This document shows positions 34,844 through 48,464 of a DNA stretch of 64,000 nucleotides, one piece after another. The position numbers were made by a program, and so were the translations under genes. Source of the DNA: Lama guanicoe (lineage: Eukaryota); the NCBI GenBank assembly GCA_013239625.1, contig MU054220.1, positions 2,603,374 through 2,667,373 on the forward strand, in the 5' to 3' direction. Positions within the stretch are counted from its first letter, which is position 1; each line of letters starts with the position of its first letter. The notes beneath the pieces are model-generated. The model ran no database searches. It saw nothing but the letters and a program-made list of their open reading frames with translations, and was not told the DNA's origin.

Positions 34844-36096
34844 ATGATCATACTTTTAGAGTGACACATATCCTAACATTGTTGGCCACGAGTTCAGTAC
34901 ATTAGGACAATATTTCAAAATCAACCAAAGTTATTCTCCCTCCTACCCTCAAAAAAGGCAAATGCTCCTGTGAGTTGCAAGTCTTACTCTCATTTGGGGG
35001 ATGGGCAGGAAAGCAGAGGGGAGAATGAGGCCTCAACCTCTTGGGAGTCAAAGGATCAGGGGGTCATTTCCTTCTGAGCAGAGTGTCCCTTCAGAGAGGT
35101 ATCGCAGTCTAATATGCTTCTGCCTGTCACGGTTGTGTACTATGAATGATGATCAACCCACCGAGTTCATGGCTGGGAGACACAAACCCAGGAGAGGACA
35201 GTGGGTAGGACCAGAGGCAGGTGAGGATGGACAGAGATTATTTATTTAATAGATACTAGGGATAAGTGTGCCTGGACACGCACAAATACACACGAGGACA
35301 CTGAAATCAAGGCCTTCTCTGAGTCTGCCTGGGAGGTAAGCAAAGGGACTTAGTGCAGTCTTGCAAATAGACCTTAAAAAGTCCTTCTAGAAGTCTCCTG
35401 GAGAAAAGCAAGCAGAAAGGGTGCCTTTGTGGCCGATGACTGTGGAGACCTGTCAGAAAAGAGAAGGCGGAGCGAAATCTAGAGGCCTGGGAATTTACGG
35501 CAATCAGCCGTCAGAACTGGGAACATCAATGAGTCACGTTCTTTCCCTTTGGTATTAGTAATTGGCATCATTTGGCTGGGAAATAAAAAGCCGAGATGTC
35601 ATTTTATAACTGCTTTCAAGTAGGGAGAAGGTTTTCCTTTGGAAGATGGTCATGAGCTGTTTTCAGTCCTTAGCAGGGGAAAACAGCTCTTTCCCATGCT
35701 GGGTGTAGATTTCAAGAACCCTTCAGCTTAACTACGAGAACCGCCTGACCCTGGGGCTGACTGTCAGTGATGACTCAGGAAGATCCCAGAGTATCCTGAG
35801 CTCTGAGTACAAGGCTTAGAGCTGAGGATCCCATGGGAGGGGTGTTGTCCTCCTCCCCAAAGCCTCCTCTTCCAGTGGGTGGGGCACTCCCAGCACCTGC
35901 CCATAGTCCTTAGCTCTCTGGAGGGATCCTTGGATGACCCAGTCACCTTCCCAAAAGATTGATCTCCCATCCTCTTGGGGTGCAGTGGTTGAGTTCACCA
36001 TCTGAATTATGAACAGAAAAGGCCTGTGTCCTCTCCAGTACCATTTGACACAAGAAGCATGACAGAAGGGAAGTCAAAGTGGAAAGAGACAGCAGT

Positions 36097-36345
36097 CTTT
36101 TTTTTTTAATTGAAGTATAGTTGATTTATAATGTTGTTAGTTTCAAGCGTATAGCAAAGTGATTCAGTTAAACATATATATATATATATTTAGATTCTTT
36201 TCTGTTATAGGTTATTGCAAGATATTGAATATAGTTCCCTGTGCTATACAGTAGGTCCTTATTGTTTATCTATTTTATATACAGAAGTGTGTATCTATTA
36301 ATCCCAGACTCCTAATTTATCCATTTCCCCCAACCCCACCCTTGA
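36097..36345 (-). mobile_element. Young L1 3' end
   Basis: ttgaagtatagttgatttataatg...ttccctgtgctatacagtaggtcctt. Confidence 0.85.
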
Positions 36346-36689
36346 GACGATTGTTTTAACTGATTGTTAACATGTTTTACAAAAGCATGTGATCGTGCAA
36401 ACTCACTGCTAGGGGCCCTCTGAGAGGCATTCCTATAGATTCATTAGCTTTAGGGTAAATCCGCTTTTGGTGTCCTGTACACTGTACACTCATGATCTCA
36501 TTGAACCTTCACAATATTCCTATGAGATAAATACGGTTCTATCTCAGTTTTGAGACTTGGGGAAGTTAGAAACTTGTCACACAACTAAGGTGTGGTAGGA
36601 CAGGGATTTGACACAGGTCATCCCAACTCCAGAACGTGCATTTCTAACCACCGCTCCCCACCGCCGCCTCTTACTCTCCAGGAGCTTAT

Positions 36690-37165
36690 AGTTTCCCAGA
36701 GAAGCCAAGCACATATAAGTAGTTCCCTCACTTCCTTCCAGTCTCTGATCAAATGTCACTTCATTAAAAAGAGGGGGTTAACCAGGTAGGGAGAGACAAG
36801 TGTTCCAGACAAAAGAAGTGTGCAAAGGTCCTGGGGCTGGAAGGAATGTGGCGAATTGAACAAGCCGAGAGAAAGGCTGCATGGGGCACAGGTAACCAGA
36901 GGGAGCCAGTGTGAGGTGGGCAGGTGCCAGGTCTCACCATCCCTCATGTGTACAATAGTCACCCCATCCAAATTTGTTCTGATTTCCTCCAGTGCCCTTC
37001 TGATCACCTGACACACTATTTATTTTCTGTCCCCTTAACCCCTGCTAGGATGTGAGTTTCATGAGGGCAAGGGCCTCATCCATTTTATTTATTACTGTGA
37101 ACCCAGTGCCTAGGATGCTGTCTGGCAATGGAGAAGGCATTCAATATCTATTTATTGAATTAACC
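36690..37165 (+). mobile_element. L2 3' end interrupted by a ~160-bp copy of 34040-34196
   Basis: cctcacttccttccagtctctgatcaaatgtcac [insert] ...cattcaatatctatttattgaat. Confidence 0.7.
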
Positions 37166-37669
37166 AATTAAGTAATTAAATAGTTATAGTACCAGCCTGT
37201 TTTTGGTACATGCCTGAAGAATGTTACAGCCATCAGGTGTTATAGCAGTTAGAAGACTGAAAACATTTCAAACCAGGGGATTATCAGAGAGGGTTTCCAA
37301 AAGGAGGTTGGCCTGTGAAGGATGGCTAAGCTAATATATATATTTAGGAGGCACTGGCGGGGGAAGGGATAGGATGGTAGCGGTCCAGCAAGCTTCTTGG
37401 CATGCCTCCCAGCCTCCGCCAGCCTCCTTGGATGTGGGCCTCTGTGCTATATTCACACATCATCTAAGTGGGTTGTGAAACACAGACAGTAGCTACCAAG
37501 GGATGCTATGGTTTCTCCTTCCTTGGAGATCTTTAAAAATAGGAATAAGCGATCAACTGTCCTAAATTCTTTAGGAAGGGAAGCACTGGCATTGTTGGCT
37601 CTTACAGTGTATCAGGTGGTGGTTTAATTTTGTCATCTGATACAAGCATCTCAAGAGTCTGTGAGGTTG

Positions 37670-37795
37670 GCAACATTATTCTTATCCCCATTTTACAGAT
37701 GAGGAAACTGAGGCTCAGGGAAGGAAAGTCCAAAGTCACACACCTAGTACAAGATGCGCCTCTCTGACTGCAGAGCCTGCAGTCTTCCCACTACC
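37670..37795 (-). mobile_element. MIR SINE
   Basis: atccccattttacagatgaggaaactgaggctcagg. Confidence 0.85.
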
Positions 37796-40239
37796 TGCAG
37801 AGGCTCTGAGGCTCTCTCTTTTAGGCTATCTTTTTAAGGCTTACACATTCTGTATTAGAATAGCACATGGTACTTTGTAAGGTTGATGGTAATCAGTAGA
37901 CTTGTGATATTGGTGATGGCAAAAGTGACTTCTGTCATGTGATTACATTCTATTGATTTTAGGGCATTGTTTCTTTGAGGCCAGAACTTGGTTGGACCAG
38001 ATGACCCATTTATGCCTCCCCTTCAGTGTTGTTTGTTCTAGTTACAAGAGAGGATTATGAGTAGCAGTAACAGCTTGTTAGTCTAGGGGAATATGGATTA
38101 ATCACTGAATTAAACACTGGGGTCCCTATGTGAGATGTGGTTACATTAGTGCAGTGATGTATTGCTACACCCTGTGGGTAGAGAGACATGGAGGTAAGCG
38201 TGTAAGACTTTTATAGGGAAAAAGCAGATGGCAGGGAAAGTGAAAGTCAGGACTTGGAAGGCACATGAATTTGACCTCTTATGCATGTCCTTTGAGAAAT
38301 GGCACGGAGCTTTGACATCAAATAGTCCTCAAATCCTCACTCTGCCATTTCCTAGCGGGCAGTACGGGGTAAGTCAGATAACATTTCTCTGACGATCAGC
38401 ATTCTTTGGTTGCATGCAATAGAAACCAACTGTGGCTGCTTAGACGGGAGGAAGGTCACAGAATGGACAGAAAAGCCCCAGACCCTGACTTCAGAAAGGG
38501 CTGATGGTTGAGCTCTCCAGACTGTCTACCAGCACTGGCCGGAGAATTACTGCATGCAGGCTGATGATTACAGGAGAGCTGTGGGTCCCACACCTCTGGG
38601 CAGAAGGGCAGGGTACTTTGGCTGTTGATTTCATCAATGAAAGAGGGGAGTTCTCTGAAGGAGAACTGGGGCAGAATCAGGGCAGAAATATTGGATTGTC
38701 ACTACTGCCTCTGAGCCCAAGTTCATTCATCTGTAAAATGGGGATATGATATCTGTTTATTGTAAAGATTTGAGTTAATACATCTGAACTGGTTTGCACA
38801 AAAAACTACCAGTAAATAGTAGTTATAATATAGTCAAATCTTTATTATCCCTCTTGCAGATAATAACTGGTCCATGATAACTTTATTTATTTGTCAATTC
38901 CACTGTGCTTTTTTTTAAAGGAACATATTCTTACATATCTACAATAATATCAATATCACAGTTAACACAGCTAACAATAATTCCTTTATATTATCTAGTA
39001 TGTCAACATTTTTTGGCGACACTTAAATTTAGCCCAACAATTGCCTGGCCCATCGCAGTCACTCTGTGGGCTGGTGGAAAATAAGCTCATTATAATACTC
39101 GCCTAAGGCAAACAGAGCTGGAAAGGTACATCTGTTACAGGAAAAAAAACTCATGGACTGTACTTCCGGACTAAATAGAGTTGATCTGGGATTTCCCTCT
39201 GTTTGGGTGTATTCAGGTCACCACTCCCCATCATTAGTACCGACTGTATTTAACACTGCCACAGTTAATGAAAGCTTTGGTAGTTAAACACGTACATGAA
39301 ATCCCCTATTACTCCAGAGTGCATGTCTAAGCCTTCCGGTGCAATTCAACAAACATTTATTGAGTGCCTACTATATGCAAGAGATTTCTCATTATAACCA
39401 TCTTGTGGAGTTCTTAAACCAAACTTAAGGGTTTTTTTTTTCCTAGTAAATTTTATACATCAGGAGCCAGATTTGGCTGTCTAGAGTGGGAGAGAAGGAG
39501 CAGTCACTTTACAGAATTACTTGTCTATGAATTTTAAGATCTACTAAAAGGAATCCTCCTGGTTCCTTTGGGGACAAACATTTCATAATATAAATGTTTA
39601 AAAATCAACCAAGGGTTTTTTTTTTTCCCAAAGAGGTTAGTCTGTTTTTCTTTTCACTCAGCAATACTTTTTCTACCAAAGACAAGGGATTTGCAAAGAA
39701 GGGTCTTCTGCTAAATCTAGGAAACCACAGCCTTTGTGGTTTTGTTGAAACAAGAAAAGACAGCAATTCCCAGTCCGGAGTCTTCCCCAAAGACTGCTAT
39801 TTCCAGTTCCTTGAGCCAGAAATCGCTGCCTTCAAGACAGCAAAAAGAGAAACAAAAGTTCTGAGCCAGGGTTAAAAAGGTACAGAATATAGTGTTTTAT
39901 AAGACCAGATGTGAGCAATGATATGGGGAAATGGGCCCTCCTAGATGCTGCTGGCAGGAGCGTAAATAGATACAACCTTTCTGGAGGGCAAGTTGGAAGT
40001 ACTATCAAAAGCCTTAAAAATGATCGTACTCTTGGAATTGAACCCAAAGCAACAAATAGGGCTATACTCAAAGATTTATCCATAGGAATAGTCATTGCAA
40101 TGTTGTTTATGATAGTGGAGAACTAGAAATAATCTAACTGTCCAATCACAGGGGACTGACTTAGGCTGGCTCAGTAACTTACAGGCATCCTTCCATAATG
40201 GAACATTGTTCAGGCATTAGAGATGATGTTGTAGAACTG

Positions 40240-40397
40240 GAGCTCTCAGTTAGGGCCCATGGTTTAGGGAGTCTGTGAAATTATATGTAAAATTGTGTGC
40301 GTGTGTGTGTGTGTGCGTGCACATTTTGGATGAAAGGGAGGATTCTTATGGATTCTCAAATAGGTGCATGACCCAAGAGAGTAAAAAATCACCATTG
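40240..40397. mobile_element. hAT-Charlie relic (MER103C-like) with a (TG)n tract
   Basis: gaaattatatgtaaaattgtgtg...gattctcaaataggtgcatgaccc...aaatcacc. Confidence 0.55.
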
Positions 40398-41349
40398 TAG
40401 AAAATATCTAAAACAGAAAGATGTTGACAACATATTATTAAGTAAGAGTGAAGGGTAGGTTAAAAGCAAATATAATACGATCTTATTTTTGTAAAAAATG
40501 AGTGTGTGTGTGTGGATAGATGGATGTGTAAGAAAAAGATTAAAAGGTTATCTATCAAAATGAAATCATGGTTATCTCAGAATGGTAGGATTATAGGTGA
40601 TTTGTTTATTTTTCCTTTGTTGTGTTTTCTAAAGTTGTTACCATGAATATATATTACTTTTACATTTTAAAAAGCACCTTAAAAAAAAAAGTAGTATGGA
40701 CCCTACTGTCTAGAACCATACTGTCTGGGTTCCGACATAGCACCTGAAGGGTCTCCAGTGAACTTCTTAGCTTCTCTAGGCCTCAATTTCTTCATCTGTA
40801 AAATGTTATTCATCGTATTAATAGCTGTGAAACACCAGAGCCTGGCCAGAGGAAAGTGCTCAGTGAAAGTTGGTTATTGTTAACAAAACAAAAGTGAGGC
40901 AGGGTGGTGTGTGCCTGAGCTTTGGAGACGCATATGCTTGGGTTTCAACCCAGGTTCACGACTCCTTAGCTGGTGATCACCTTGTATAAGCCTTAACTTT
41001 TCCAATCTGTAAAATGGACACAATGATATCTACCTTGAAATCAGCCCAGCTGATTTCAGCACTAGAGAAATATATATGCCTAATGTATAGTAGGGGCTCA
41101 AAAATGATAGGAATGCTCCAACGAAAGGAGAGTGTATCCTTTGGGAATTGACGACCAATGTTTAGTGAACTAATCTTTTTGCTTTTTTTTTTTCATACCT
41201 TAACATAAATCACTCCTCATTCACCTTGTGCTAAAAGCACTGCAATGAAGAGGCTGACCTTGCACAGGGCTTCAAAAAACAACATTCTTCTTGTCTAGCT
41301 AATATTTGCCACTGTGATTACTAATAAGTGTTACCTTTGGAGTTATCAT

Positions 41350-41540
41350 TTTTTTAAGCCTGGCATTACTTTATTTTTCTTTTTTTGAAAATTGAAGTAT
41401 AGTTGTCTCATAATATTATATTAGTTTTGGGTGCACAACATAGTGATTTGATATTTTTATAGATACACCTCATACAAAGTTATTATAATGTTATCAACTA
41501 TGTTCCCTGTGCTGTACATTACATCCCTGTTACTTACTTA
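41350..41540 (-). mobile_element. L1 3' end (moderately old)
   Basis: attgaagtatagttg...ttccctgtgctgtacattacatccc; TSD-like tttggag(t/c)tat on both sides. Confidence 0.75.
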
Positions 41541-44499
41541 TTTTGGAGCTATTATTATGTCCTGATCCTGGGATGAATCATTCTTGTTTTTCTCCTACTC
41601 CATTTATCTCCTATTTCCAAAACTGAGCTAATGACCACAAGAAAATATTGCATATAAAAGAGGACTTATTACTAGGATTGACTAGAGCTTGGCCATCCTC
41701 TTTCAAGTTCCTTGTATGTCCCAAACCACCCCCCCCAACAGTTATCTAACTAAGATATTGGCTTGCTAAGGACCATCATCTCTTCTGAAATTTCATGAGA
41801 TGCTGGTGTTTGCTAGATGTCTAATATGTGCTTGGCACTGTGTGAAGTCTTTGTCACATCTCATCTTGTCTAGGCTGTAGGCTGAGTCTTCACTTGCTCT
41901 CATGTTCCACATCCAATCCACTGGCAATTCTGTTGGCTCTTCTTTCAAAATAAATCCAGAATCCAACCACTTCTCCCCACCTGCACAGCTGCTACTATTG
42001 CCAAACCACCATCAATTCTTACCTGAATTTTTTTAAAAATAGATTTGATTTTTTAGAGTATTTTTAGGTTCACAGTAAAATTGAGTGGAAGGTTCAGATG
42101 GTCCCTGTACAACCCCTGCACCCTTAAACCCCACCATTATCAACAGCCCTCATCAAAGGGGTACATCTGTTACAGTCAATGAACTTACATTGATACATCA
42201 TTATCATCCCAAGTCCATAGTTTACATTAGGGTTCTTAGTGGTGTATATTCTATGGGTTTTGACAACTGTGTTATGACATCTATCTCACTAGAGTATCAT
42301 ATAGAATAATTCCACTGCCCTAAAAAAATCCTTTGTGCTCTGCCTATTCATCCCTCCCTCCTCCCAGCTCCTGGCAACCACTCATCATTTGACTGTCTCC
42401 ATAATTTTGCCTTTTCCAGAGTGTCATATAGTTGGAATCATAAAGTATGTAGCCTTTTCAAATTGGCTTCTTTTACTTAATAAGCACTTAAGTCTTTTCA
42501 TGGCTTGATAGATTCCTTCTTTTTAGTGCTAAATAATATTCCATTGTCTGGGTATCACAGTTTATCCACTCATCTACTGAAGAACATCTTGATTACTTCC
42601 AAGTTTTGGCAATTTTGGATAAAGCTGGTCTAAACATCTGTGTGCAGGTCTTTGTGTGGAAAGGTTTTCAACTACTTTGGGTAAATACCAAGGACTGTAA
42701 TTACTGGACTGTATGTTAAGAATATGTTTAGGGTTTTTTTTAAATAGCCAAACTATCTTCCAGAGTGGCTGTACCATTTCGCACTCCCACCAGCAACGAA
42801 TGGGAGTTCCTGTTTGCTCCACATCCTCAGTAGCATTTGGTGTTGTCAATATTCTGGATTTTGGCAATTCTAACAGATGTGCCGTGGAATCTTATTATTG
42901 TTTTAACTTGCATTTCTGTAATGATGTATAATGTGGATAATTTTTTTCATGTGCCCTTTGATATCTGTGTGTATATATATATCTTCTTTGGGGAGATGTC
43001 TGTCAAAGTCTTTGGCCTGCTTTTTAATCTGGTTGTTCATTTTCTTATTGTTGAGTTTCAAGAGCTCTTTGTATATTTTGGATAACAGTCTCTATCAGAT
43101 TTATGTTTTGCAAAAACTTTCCCCCAGTGTGTGACATCTCATTTTCTTCATTGTTTCTTTCATAGAGCAGAAGCTTTTAATTTTAATGAAATTTGGCTTA
43201 TCAGTTATGTCTTTCATGATCATGCCTTTGTTGTTATATCTAAAAAGTCATTGCCAAACCCAAGATTATCTAGAGTCTCTCCTTTGTTATCTTCTAGGAG
43301 TTTTAGTCTTGTACTTTTTATATTTAGGTCTATGATTCATTTTTTTCAAATGTCTTCAGCTACTTTATGATCCATTTTGAGTTAACTTTTGTGAAAGGTG
43401 TAAGATCTGTGTCTAGCTTCATTTTTTTTTTGCATATGGATGTCCAGTTGTATTAGCATCATTTGTTGAAAAGACTGTCTGTTCTCCTTTGCATTGCCTT
43501 TACTCTTTTGTCACAGATCAGTTAACCTTTTATCCTGCAAACTTGCTATAATCCCTTATTCATTTCAGGAGATTTTTTTGTTGAATCTTTCAGATTCTCT
43601 ACATAGACAATCATGTCATACGTGAGCAAAGAGAGTTTTATTTCTTCCTTTCTAATCTGTATACCTTTTATTTCCTTTTCTTATCTTATTGCATTAGCTA
43701 GGATTTCCAGGATGATGTTGAAAAGGAATGGCAAGAAGGATATCTTTGCCTTGTTTCTGATTTTAGTGGGAAAGTTCCCAATTTCTTACCATTTATGTAT
43801 GATATTAATTGTAGTTTTTTTTGCAGATGTTCTTAACCAAGTTGAGGAAATTCCCCTCTATTTCTCTAGTTTGCTGAGAGGTTTTTTTTTTTTAAATGAT
43901 GAATGAGCATTTCATTTTGTCAAATACTTTTTCCTCATCTATTGATATGATTATGTGATTTTTTTCTTAGCTTATTGATGTGATTAATTGATTTTCAAAT
44001 GTTGAAACAGCTTCACATATCTGGGATAAATCCCACATGGTCATGGTGCATAATTCTTTTTATACATTACTGGATTAGATTTACTAATATTTTGTTGAGG
44101 ATTTTTGCATCTATGTTCATGAGAGATACTGGTCTATAGTTTTCTTATAATGTCTTTGTCTAGTTTTGATATTTGGGTAATGCTAGCCTCATAGAAGAAG
44201 CTAAGAAGTATGCCTTCTGCTTATATACTGTGAAAGAGATTGTACTGAATTGGTATACTTTCTTCCTTAAATTTTTGGTAGAATTTACCAGTGAACCCAT
44301 CTGGGTCTAATGCTTTCTGTTTTGGAGGATTATTAATTATTGACACAATTTCTTTAATTTTCATAGGCCTATTCAGATTGTCTATTTCTTCTTATATGAC
44401 TTTTGGCAGATTGTATCTTTCAAATAATTGTTTATTTCATCTAGGTTATCAGATTTGTGGGCATAGAGCTGTTCACAGTATTTTTTTATTATTCTCTCT

Positions 44500-44579
44500 T
44501 TTTTAATTTTTAATTTTTATTTTTTGGTCGGGGGGGAGATAATTAAGTTTATTTATTTTTGGAGGAGGTACTGGGGATG
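44500..44579 (-). mobile_element. 5'-truncated camelid-type SINE
   Basis: ggggagataattaagtttatttatttttggaggaggtactggggat; TSD-like attatt(c/t)tct. Confidence 0.75.
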
Positions 44580-44971
44580 ATTATTTTCTTAATGTCCATG
44601 GGATCTGTAATGATGCTGTCTCTTTCATTTCTGATACTAGTAATTTGTGTCCTCTTTCTTTTTTTACTTAGCCTGGTAGAGGCTTATCAATTTTGTATAT
44701 CTTTTCAAAGAACCAGCTTTTGGTTTTGTTGATTTTTTTCTACTGATTTCCTATTTTCAATTGCATTTATTTCTGCTCTAACTTTTATAGCTTTATTTTC
44801 CTTCTGCTTACTTTGGATTTAATTTGCTCTTCTTTTTCTAGTTTCCTAGGGTGGAAGCTCAGATAATTGATTTTAGATTTTTGTTTTTGGGTAATGTACA
44901 CATTCTTTGCTATCAGTTTCCCTCTACTTACTAGTTTTGCTGTATCTCACAAATTTTAATGAATTGTGTTT

Positions 44972-45138
44972 TCTTTTCTTTCTTTCTTTCTTTTTTCTTT
45001 TTTTCTTTTTTTTTTTTGCAGGAGGAGTTAATTAGGTTTACATATTTATTTATTTATTTTTCATGGAGGTACTTGGGATTGAACCCAGGATCTCATGCAT
45101 GCTAGGCATGCACTCTACTCCTGAACTATACCCTCCTC
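44972..45138 (-). mobile_element. tRNA-derived camelid-type SINE
   Basis: gggattgaacccaggatctcatgcatgctaggcatgcactctactcctgaactataccctcc. Confidence 0.85.
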
Positions 45139-45224
45139 TTCATTTTTATTTAGTTCAAAAATTTAAAATTTTCTCTTGAGATTTCTTCTGTGACCTATGT
45201 GTTATTTAGAAGTGTGCTGTTTAA

Positions 45225-45509
45225 GACATAGAAAACAAACATGGTTACTGGGGAGAAAGAGGGTGGAAAGGGATAAATTGGGAGTTCGAGATTTTCAGAT
45301 ACTAACTACTATATATATAAAATAAACAATGAGTTTATACTCTATAGCACAGGGAACTATATTCAATATCTTGTAGTAACCTACAACAAAAAAGAATATG
45401 AAGAGGAATATATGTATCTATATGTATGACTGAAACATTATGCTGTACACCAGAAATTGACACAACATTTAAACTGACTATACTTCAGGTAAAAAAGGAA
45501 GAAGAAGAC
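45225..45509 (+). mobile_element. Young L1 3' end nested in an older L1
   Basis: gacatagaaaacaaac...tatagcacagggaactatattcaatatc...aactgactatacttca; TSD gtgtg(c/t)tgtttaa at 45212-45224 and 45510-45522. Confidence 0.85.
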
Positions 45510-48464
45510 GTGTGTTGTTTAATCTCCAAGTATTTGGGAATTTTCCAGTTATTTTTATGCTATTGATTTCCAGTTTAATTCAACTATGGTCTACAGCAGA
45601 CAATATATGATTTCTATTCTTTTAAATTTTTTAATGTGTGTTTTACGGCCCAGGATGTGATCTATCTTAGTGAATGTTCCATGTGAACTTGAGAAGAATA
45701 TACCTTCTGCTGTTGTTGGATGAAGTAGTGTATAGATGTAGATTATATCTGGTTGATTGATGGTCCTGTTGAATTCAACCATGTCTTTACTGATTTTCTA
45801 CCTGCTGGATCTGTTTATTTCTGATAGAGGGGTATTTAAGTCTCCACTATGATAGTGGGTTAATCTATTTCTCCTTGAAGTTTTATAACTTTTTGCTTCA
45901 CATATTTTGACACTCTATTTTTAGGAGCCTATATGTAAAGGATTGACATGTCTTCCTGAAGAACTGACCCTTTTATTATTATCTAATGCTCCTGTTTATC
46001 TCTGATAACTTTCCTTGCTCTGAAGTCTATTCTGTCTGAAATTAATACAGCTACTCCTACTTTCTTTTCATTAGTGTTAGCAGGGTATATCTCTCTCCAT
46101 CCACTTACTTTTACTTTGTATTTGTCTTTCTATTTAAAGTATGTTTCTTGTAGAAAACATATATTTTAATCCACTTTGACAATCTCTGTTTTTTAAATGG
46201 TTTATTTAGACCACAGATGTTTAAATTCTGAAGTGGTTATTGATATAGTTGGATTAATATCTACCATATTTGTTACTATTTGTTATTCATTGCCCTGTTC
46301 TTCATTCCTATTTTTGTCTTCTGCTCCTTTCCTTTTGTGGTTTTAACTGAGCAGTTTATGTGATTTCATTTTCTCTCCTTTCTTAGCATATCAGTTTTAC
46401 TTCTTTTTTTTTTTTACTCTTTTTAGTGGTTACACCAGAGTTTGCAATCTATATTTATATCTAATCCAATTCCACTTTCAAACAACACTATACTACTTCA
46501 TGGGTAGTACAAGTACCTTATAATAACAAAATAATCCTATTTCTTCCTCTCCTGTCCCTATATCATTGCAGTCATTCCTTTCACTTATAAATAAATATGT
46601 GCACACACATATACACACAGAGATGCACATACTTTGAATACATTGTTACTATTATTTTGAACAGTTATCTATTAGAATAATTAAGAATAATAAAAATAAA
46701 ATTTTTTACTTCACCTTCACTTGCTCCTTCTCTGTTGCTCTACCTTTCTTTATGTAAATATAAGTTATTGACCTATGCAATTTTCCTTCTCTCTAAAGAA
46801 CTTTTAACATTTCTTTCAAGGCGAGTCTACTGGCAACAAATTTACTCATTTTTTTGTTTGTCTGAGAAAATATGTCTCCTTTACTTTTGAAAGATAATTT
46901 CACAGGGGACAGAATTCTAAGTTGGTGTTTTTTTTTTTCTTTCTCTCAGCACTTTAAATATTTTACCCTGCTCTATTCTTACTTGTATGATTTCTTAGGA
47001 GAAGTTGGATGTATTTCTTATCCTTGTTCCTCTATGATAAGGTATTTTTTCCCTCTGGCTTCTTTTAAAATTTTTTTCTTTATCTTTGCTTTTCTGCATT
47101 TTGAATATAATATGTCTAGGTGTAGTTTTTTCTGGAGTATAGGGCATTTATCCTGCTTGGTGTTCTCTGAGCTTCCTGATCTGTGATTTGGTGTCTGACA
47201 TTAATTTGGGGGAAATTCTCAGTCACTATTGCTTCGAATGTTTCTTCTTTTTCTTTCTCTGTTTTTTCTCCTTCTAGTATTTCCATTGAGTGTATATTAT
47301 ACCTTTTGTAGTTGACCCACAGTTCTTAGGTATCCTGTTCTTTTTTTTTCAGTCTTTTTTCTCTTTACTTTTCAATTTTGGAAGTTTCTATTGAGATATC
47401 CTTAAGCTCAGTGACTCTTTTTTCAGCCATGTCCAGTCTACTAATGAACCCATCAGTGGGATTCTTCATTTCTGTGACCGTGTTTTTGATCTCTGGCATT
47501 TCTTTCTGATTTTTTTTTTTATAACTTCCATCTCTCTACTTACATTACCCGTCTGTTCTTACATGCTCTCTACTTCATCCATTAGAGCCGTTGGCATACT
47601 AATCATAGTTGTCTTAAATTCCTAATCTGGTAATTCCACCGTCTCTGCCATCTCTGAGTCTGGCTTTAATGTGTGTTCTGTCTCTTCAAGCTGTGTTTTT
47701 TGCCTTTTGATATGCCTTGTAATTTTCTCTTGTTAGCTGGGCATGATGTACTGGGTAAAAGGAACTGTAATAAAGAGGCCTTAAGTAATGTAGGGTGAGG
47801 TGTTGAGGGAGAGTCTCAGTCTTTCAGTGAGTTTGTGCCTCTGGACTGTGAATTTCACAAGTGCTTCTCAGCCTCTCCCCTCCTTTAGATGGGAAAGGAT
47901 GACTAGAGCAGGCTGGAGTTGGGTATTTCCCTTTCTCCATGTTGATTAGGCTCTGGAAGATTCCCAGTAGTTTAGGGTTCTGGGGAAATAGTTTTTCTTG
48001 AGGGCAGGCCTTGTTAAGAAGAATAGAATGCTCTGGTATATTTCAAAATGCTTCCTGTTCCTTTACCCAAGCCAGAAGTATAAATTTACCATGAGAACCT
48101 GGTTGAGTCCCTAGAGATAAAACTCATGAAGTGTGGGCACCTCTCAATGACTGGGTCCCCTAGAATTTTTAACTCTCAGATTTGTGCACACTGAGCCTCC
48201 AGCAGTTTGTCAATTACAGGTCAGGTTTTCCTACCACAGCACTGCATCCCACAGAGGTTTCTGCTCATGGCCTCTGCTCTAAGTTGTGATCCTATGTATT
48301 CACCTGTCTATCCAAATTTGGGGGGAGGGCCAGCAGCAGTTTGCCTTGAGCCCTCACTTCTCTGATGGATCTGGGAAGGGTTGTTTTTTCAGCCTTTTAC
48401 TTTTTAGAACAAAGCGGCAACCTCTAAGCTCCTCACATGCTGGACCAGAAGCCAGAAGTCTCCT

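Larger units (their letters stand above)
42030..48462 (-). mobile_element. Large degenerate L1 (L1MC/L1MD-like), about 6.4 kb, 3'UTR through ORF2 to the 5' region, with nested insertions
   Basis: ORF 45591-45782 (LHPTTAEGIFFSSSHGTFTKIDHILG) is L1 endonuclease text; ORF 42574-42867 (CWWECEMVQPLWKIVW) is the ORF2p C-terminus; inserted into an L2 whose halves lie at 41880-42030 and 48465-49135. Confidence 0.85.

Noticed and set aside
39188..39197. Perfect NF-kB-type site GGGATTTCCC
   Set aside because: A single isolated 10-mer; degenerate kB matches are expected by chance in 64 kb
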